DNA from: a virus
Lineage: Duplodnaviria > Heunggongvirae > Uroviricota > Caudoviricetes
DNA: 31,980 nt
Strand: one strand, 5' to 3'
IMG/VR virus record: IMGVR_UViG_2778261537_000006
In this document: positions 28,069 to 31,980 of the stretch, one piece after another
How positions within the stretch are numbered: position 1 is the stretch's first letter
Layout: the number at the start of each line of letters is the position of its first letter
Translations under genes and position numbers: made by a program
Notes under the pieces: model-generated
The model's database searches: none
The model's input: only the letters and a program-made list of their open reading frames with translations
What the model was told of the DNA's origin: nothing

Positions 28069-29498
28069 GTAAAACAACACCGACTAAAGACAGTATTCGT
28101 GCAGAGTTTGAAGAGCTTGTCGAGAAAGATTCATTCTGGTCGAAGTTTGTCGGCTCTCAATTTGTCTCGATGCTGACATTGTTTATTACCCAGATTGTCT
28201 ACAGGTGCTTTCAGTATGCCGATGCGGCGCTGGCTGAAGGCTTTATATCGACCGCGACGCGGCGTTCCTCTATCCTGGCAGCGGCAGAAACGAATAGTTA
28301 CGTTGGTACCAAGCCAACACCGTCATCGGGGATGATTGAGATCACCGCCACAAGTGAAGATGCCCCAGCGGTAATCCCCAAAAACATGCCTTTAATATCT
28401 GACGACCAGTACCCTTACATGACTATGGATGTATGCAGGTTGGTTGACGGCACCGGTACGGTAGAAGTGGCACAGTTGGAAATCCAGGAGGTGACATATA
28501 CCGTTACGGCAGCCAAAGAATTTCTGGAAGTCGTGTTATCAAAGGCTCTCACTGCTGTCTGCTGTAAGCTGGAAGTATTCGTGACGACCGATGGTAAGAC
28601 CACGCAGTGGTCTTCCAGCACTATGTTCCGGTTAGCCGGTAGTAAAAGCCAGGTCTACGTTGAGTTTTATAAGCCATCCGAGCAGTTGGGGGTTCGATTC
28701 GGTGATGGGCTAATTGGGCAAATACCGCCAGAAGGCTCGACCATTACACTTAAGGTATGGTGCACCAACGGAGATATAACCCTGGTTGCTGGCCAAAACC
28801 TGACTCCTGTCGATTCTGCGGCTAATTTAGCTAATTTGATTTCAGTTAAGACAACGACACCCATAACCGCAGGTACCGATGCCGAAACAACGGAGATCAC
28901 ACGTAATCGTGCACAATATTACCTTGCCTATGATGATCAGGTCGTATGGGGCGGGGACTATACGTATTTTCTGGTGCGTAACATCCCGGGACTGTCCTGG
29001 GTAAAGGCATGGGGCGAAGGCCAGCAAGAGAAATTAGATGGTGCTTATAATGTTCGGAATATCAATAAGATATTTATTTCAGGATGGCATCCAAACAAAA
29101 GCCAGTCAGAGCTTGAAGAAATGATCCTGGCTGCCTTTAAGAAGGTGCCGAATGAGTTGAACAAGAAATTCTCGTATAAAGAGGTCAGAAAACTCCCCTT
29201 TAAGATCACCATCACTGGGCGGATATCGGCAAGCCTGACCATTGAGAACGTGACTGATGAGCTGAAGTCGGCACTGGAAACAAAATTTGGGCGTGACTCA
29301 ACTTTCTTTGATCCGAACCGTGTCGGCAAGTACATCCTAATCAAGAAAAAAGACGTTTGGGCATTTATCGAAACGCTGGGTTATTTCCGCGACTTTTATC
29401 TGGAATTTGTCGAGTGGAATGAGTCCAACGGCTTTTACGATTTCGTTTATCTGGATACAGAAAACTCCACCTTTAATATTTCGTATGAGGAGGAGTGA
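28065..29498 (+). CDS. Baseplate protein (J-like candidate)
   Basis: 477 aa, translationally coupled on both sides (ATGA and TGATG overlaps). Assignment from gene order (small W-like, large J-like, I-like, fibre). Confidence 0.5.
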   Translation: MSKTTPTKDSIRAEFEELVEKDSFWSKFVGSQFVSMLTLFITQIVYRCFQYADAALAEGFISTATRRSSILAAAETNSYVGTKPTPSSGMIEITATSEDAPAVIPKNMPLISDDQYPYMTMDVCRLVDGTGTVEVAQLEIQEVTYTVTAAKEFLEVVLSKALTAVCCKLEVFVTTDGKTTQWSSSTMFRLAGSKSQVYVEFYKPSEQLGVRFGDGLIGQIPPEGSTITLKVWCTNGDITLVAGQNLTPVDSAANLANLISVKTTTPITAGTDAETTEITRNRAQYYLAYDDQVVWGGDYTYFLVRNIPGLSWVKAWGEGQQEKLDGAYNVRNINKIFISGWHPNKSQSELEEMILAAFKKVPNELNKKFSYKEVRKLPFKITITGRISASLTIENVTDELKSALETKFGRDSTFFDPNRVGKYILIKKKDVWAFIETLGYFRDFYLEFVEWNESNGFYDFVYLDTENSTFNISYEEE

Positions 29499-30334
29499 TG
29501 CAGCGTTCCTGGTTTAATAACCGGCTTACATCAGCTAAGCAAAAGTCATTACTTTATAAATCATTGGCTGATTTGGTTCAGTCAATGATGGACACCTTTG
29601 TTGACCCATGGTTGGAGCGAATTACCAACCGGAAGTCTATTTTCTCCATGAGCAAGGAGGATCTGGAGACTAGGACAAATGAACTTGGCCAGTTTTTTAC
29701 TATCAGGACGTCGAATTCATCTTCCGTTCCGATGTTGTTACAACAGCGGTTTGATGAGATCCATTTTAAGGGTACTGAACGCCCTATAAACCAGACAATT
29801 TATCGCGAATTTAACGGTATATCGGTTTTATGGGATCCCATATATGCTCCGGTGGACTTTGAACGTCATCCCTATGGCACGGTCCTGATTCCAGAAAGCA
29901 CACTGGAAACCACCGGCGGCACATTCGGCGAGATGTTTCTGACTTCCAGAGGAATGATCAGTATTCCCATAAACGACCTGGCCCGGACAATGGGTATTAC
30001 TGGAACGATAGATCAGTCCGCAATTACAGAAGAAATTCTCAGAAAGTTTAATCAGTTCGTAAAGCCTCTACTGCCACTGCATATAGTGTTTGATGGGCTT
30101 ACGCTCTATTTGTCGGTTGTTGTAAATGAACAGGCCGACATGATTACTTTGAATGAGATTTCTGATACCGAAAAAGCATTCTGCTGGTTTGAAACTTCGG
30201 ATACAACTTCGCTTACTGAAGTTACGTCGATTAACGCCCCGATCACTGCAACGCCGGGCGGCACTATTGTGAAAGCAACGCCTACGTTTGATCGCACCCG
30301 CGCAGATGATTTGCTGTTGGATAGCGATGCGTGA
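29498..30334 (+). CDS. Baseplate or tail-fibre attachment protein candidate
   Basis: ATG at 29498 preceded by GAGGAGGA and overlapping the upstream stop; 278 aa. Confidence 0.45.
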   Translation: MQRSWFNNRLTSAKQKSLLYKSLADLVQSMMDTFVDPWLERITNRKSIFSMSKEDLETRTNELGQFFTIRTSNSSSVPMLLQQRFDEIHFKGTERPINQTIYREFNGISVLWDPIYAPVDFERHPYGTVLIPESTLETTGGTFGEMFLTSRGMISIPINDLARTMGITGTIDQSAITEEILRKFNQFVKPLLPLHIVFDGLTLYLSVVVNEQADMITLNEISDTEKAFCWFETSDTTSLTEVTSINAPITATPGGTIVKATPTFDRTRADDLLLDSDA

Positions 30335-30337
30335 CAA

Positions 30338-30362
30338 TCACCCCGTCCGCAGGGCGGGGTGA
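30338..30362 (+). promoter_or_regulatory. GC-rich stem-loop without U-tract
   Basis: TCACCCCG and CGGGGTGA arms with a 9-nt loop, starting 4 bp after the upstream stop; flanked by direct GTGACAA repeats. Confidence 0.35.
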
Positions 30363-30412
30363 CAAGTTACTTATCTTACAATGAGGCTTCACAACATTGA
30401 TTAGGGAAAATC

Positions 30413-30847
30413 ATGTCTGACGTCTCAACAAACCTCTATAAGAGTCAGTTGTTGGACTATTACTATCAGCGGCGCGCTGAATCGTCCATTAACAAAGGCT
30501 CTCGATTTTTAATCAGCAAGGCCGTTTTTGGTACCAGTTCACTGGTTACTAAGAAAGGAGATGGCACTTATGAGATTGGAGAACTGCCTAAGGCTTTCGA
30601 TCTGGCAGAACTGACCAGTCAATTTTGCACCATCAACCTCGTCCCAACCTACTCAGGCGGGATAATTACTGTCCGAATGGACCTTGATCAAAGTCAGTTG
30701 CAGGAAGGGAAAAACTACCCATTCAACACTCTGGTTGTTCTGGATAACGAGAATAAGCCAATCGCCATTATTTGTGTCCAGGAAGACTCGCTGTATGTGG
30801 GCAAAACATATACCGCAGTTATGGCCATAAACTCGACTACAGCATAA
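30413..30847 (+). CDS. Hypothetical tail-associated protein preceding the tail fibre gene
   Basis: 144-aa ORF with ribosome-binding site. Position matches the small gene upstream of the fibre gene in P1-like order. Confidence 0.45.
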   Translation: MSDVSTNLYKSQLLDYYYQRRAESSINKGSRFLISKAVFGTSSLVTKKGDGTYEIGELPKAFDLAELTSQFCTINLVPTYSGGIITVRMDLDQSQLQEGKNYPFNTLVVLDNENKPIAIICVQEDSLYVGKTYTAVMAINSTTA

Positions 30848-30858
30848 GGATATGCTTG

Positions 30859-31980
30859 ATGAATGACGTTACAGTTGTTACATCGGTTACTTACCCATCA
30901 CCCGAGTCGTTGGCTCTGGTGGCTGATGTGCAATACCACGAACCATATCTGTCAGCCGCTCTAAACCGAAAATTCAGGGGAATTGTTGACCCGGGATTTT
31001 ATGCTGGTTTCTTGCCTAAGCCTGGCGGTGGGATGAACCTGTTAATCACCTCAGTGGATGGAGATAAAACCGCTGGCGCGGCGTCAGTGGATATTGGTGA
31101 ATTCTACCAGGTAACTATTCAGCATCGTAAGGATATCTCTCTTGCACTTAACGCAGGCAAGAAATATGCAATTGTGCTGAAGGGAAGATACCTTCTTGGA
31201 GAAGATACCTATCAGGTGAATACCGCGTCACATATTCATGCAGCTGAATTTGTTGCCAGAACCTATACCGATTCATATCAGTTAGGTGATGGGGAACTGC
31301 TGGTTTGTACGGTGAATATCCCTGCTGGCGTATCTACCATTACTCAAGAGATGATTGATACATCCGAGCGTATCAACCGCACGATCGGCATTGATATTTC
31401 AGACTCTGTAACCAGTACCAGAAGTGATGTTGCTGCGAGTTCGCTGGCAGTTAAAAAAGCCTACGATCTGGCGAAAAGCAAGTATACGGCGCAGGATGCA
31501 AGCACAACGCAAAAGGGATTAGTTCAGCTCAGTAGTGCCACTAACAGCACGTCTGAAGTGCTGGCCGCCACACCGAAAGCTGTCAAGGCTGCATATGATT
31601 TGGCTAACGGGAAGTATACAGCCCAGGATGCAACCACGGCTCAAAAAGGGATAGTCCAACTCAGCAGTGCTACCAATAGCACGTCCGAAGTGCTGGCCGC
31701 CACACCGAAAGCTGTCAAGGCTGCATATGATTTGGCTAATGGAAAGCAAGCGGCAGACGCTACGCTCACTGCTCTAGCGGCACTAGCTACAGCAGCAGAT
31801 AAACTCCCTTATTTCACAGGTGTTGATCGTGCCGCGTTAACTGCATTGACAAGTGTTGGACGCGCCATTCTTGGTAAGACCAGTATTCAGAGCGTTCTTG
31901 AATACCTTGGTTTGGGAGAAACGATAAATAAAGCCTCCGGAGCTATGCAGAAATCGGCTAATGGAGCTGATATTTCTGAT
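30859..31980 (+). CDS. S: Tail fibre protein, 3'-partial (runs off the window end)
   Basis: ATG at 30859 with AAGGA ribosome-binding site; open frame for 374 codons to the window end. Contains phage tail-fibre repeat motifs (KGLVQLSSATNSTSEVLAATPKAVKAAYDLA). Not in the ORF track because there is no stop in the window. Confidence 0.75.
   Translation, partial: MNDVTVVTSVTYPSPESLALVADVQYHEPYLSAALNRKFRGIVDPGFYAGFLPKPGGGMNLLITSVDGDKTAGAASVDIGEFYQVTIQHRKDISLALNAGKKYAIVLKGRYLLGEDTYQVNTASHIHAAEFVARTYTDSYQLGDGELLVCTVNIPAGVSTITQEMIDTSERINRTIGIDISDSVTSTRSDVAASSLAVKKAYDLAKSKYTAQDASTTQKGLVQLSSATNSTSEVLAATPKAVKAAYDLANGKYTAQDATTAQKGIVQLSSATNSTSEVLAATPKAVKAAYDLANGKQAADATLTALAALATAADKLPYFTGVDRAALTALTSVGRAILGKTSIQSVLEYLGLGETINKASGAMQKSANGADISD
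31441..31743 (+). repeat. In-frame tandem duplication (132-bp unit, two full copies plus a partial) inside the tail fibre gene
   Basis: Copies at 31480-31611 and 31612-31743 encode KYTAQDA(S/T)T(T/A)QKG(L/I)VQLSSATNSTSEVLAATPKAVKAAYDLANG. A 53-nt stretch is identical between copies (31554-31606 and 31686-31738). Confidence 0.75.

Noticed and set aside
31519-31749. Minus-strand 76-aa ORF with internally repeated peptide
   Set aside because: It is the antisense reading of the tail-fibre tandem repeat, and its internal repetition simply mirrors that duplication.

Overview
This window reads as a contiguous piece of a P1-like temperate phage-plasmid (a phage that is maintained as a plasmid in lysogens), not a chromosomal locus. 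All calls come from reading the sequence and the supplied ORF translations; no database search was run, and P1 gene names are assigned by motif plus gene order as I recall them for P1, not by alignment.

Left to right the window contains:
- **21-3623 (minus strand):** an operon of uhr, an RdgC homologue (hrdC) and a fused C5-cytosine/Dam-type DNA methyltransferase (dmt), with a C1-repressor operator consensus upstream.
- **3793-5906 (plus):** five small genes, including a PAAR-like protein and a lipoprotein.
- **5949-7382:** the plasmid replicon, with a DnaA box, a GATC cluster, five phased iterons, repA, and a second iteron array in both orientations.
- **7418-8227:** a gene with T5orf172/GIY-YIG-like motifs, with its own terminator, sitting between the replicon and the partition operon.
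- **8396-10700:** parA, parB and a parS centromere.
- **10836-16923:** late structural genes (putative major head and sheath proteins and others).
- **17106-20823 (minus):** the lytic replicon (kilA, repL) and an immunity region (c4 antisense RNA, icd, ant), each behind a C1 operator.
- **20920-31980 (plus):** two secreted proteins, then tail and baseplate genes including a 1130-aa lytic-transglycosylase protein (sit) and a tail fibre gene truncated by the window end.

The most interesting candidates are the T5orf172-like gene at the replication/partition junction, a secreted protein that shares a short motif with Sit, and the PAAR-like protein encoded away from the tail module. Several gene starts differ from the ORF track where an internal ATG with a better ribosome-binding site exists.
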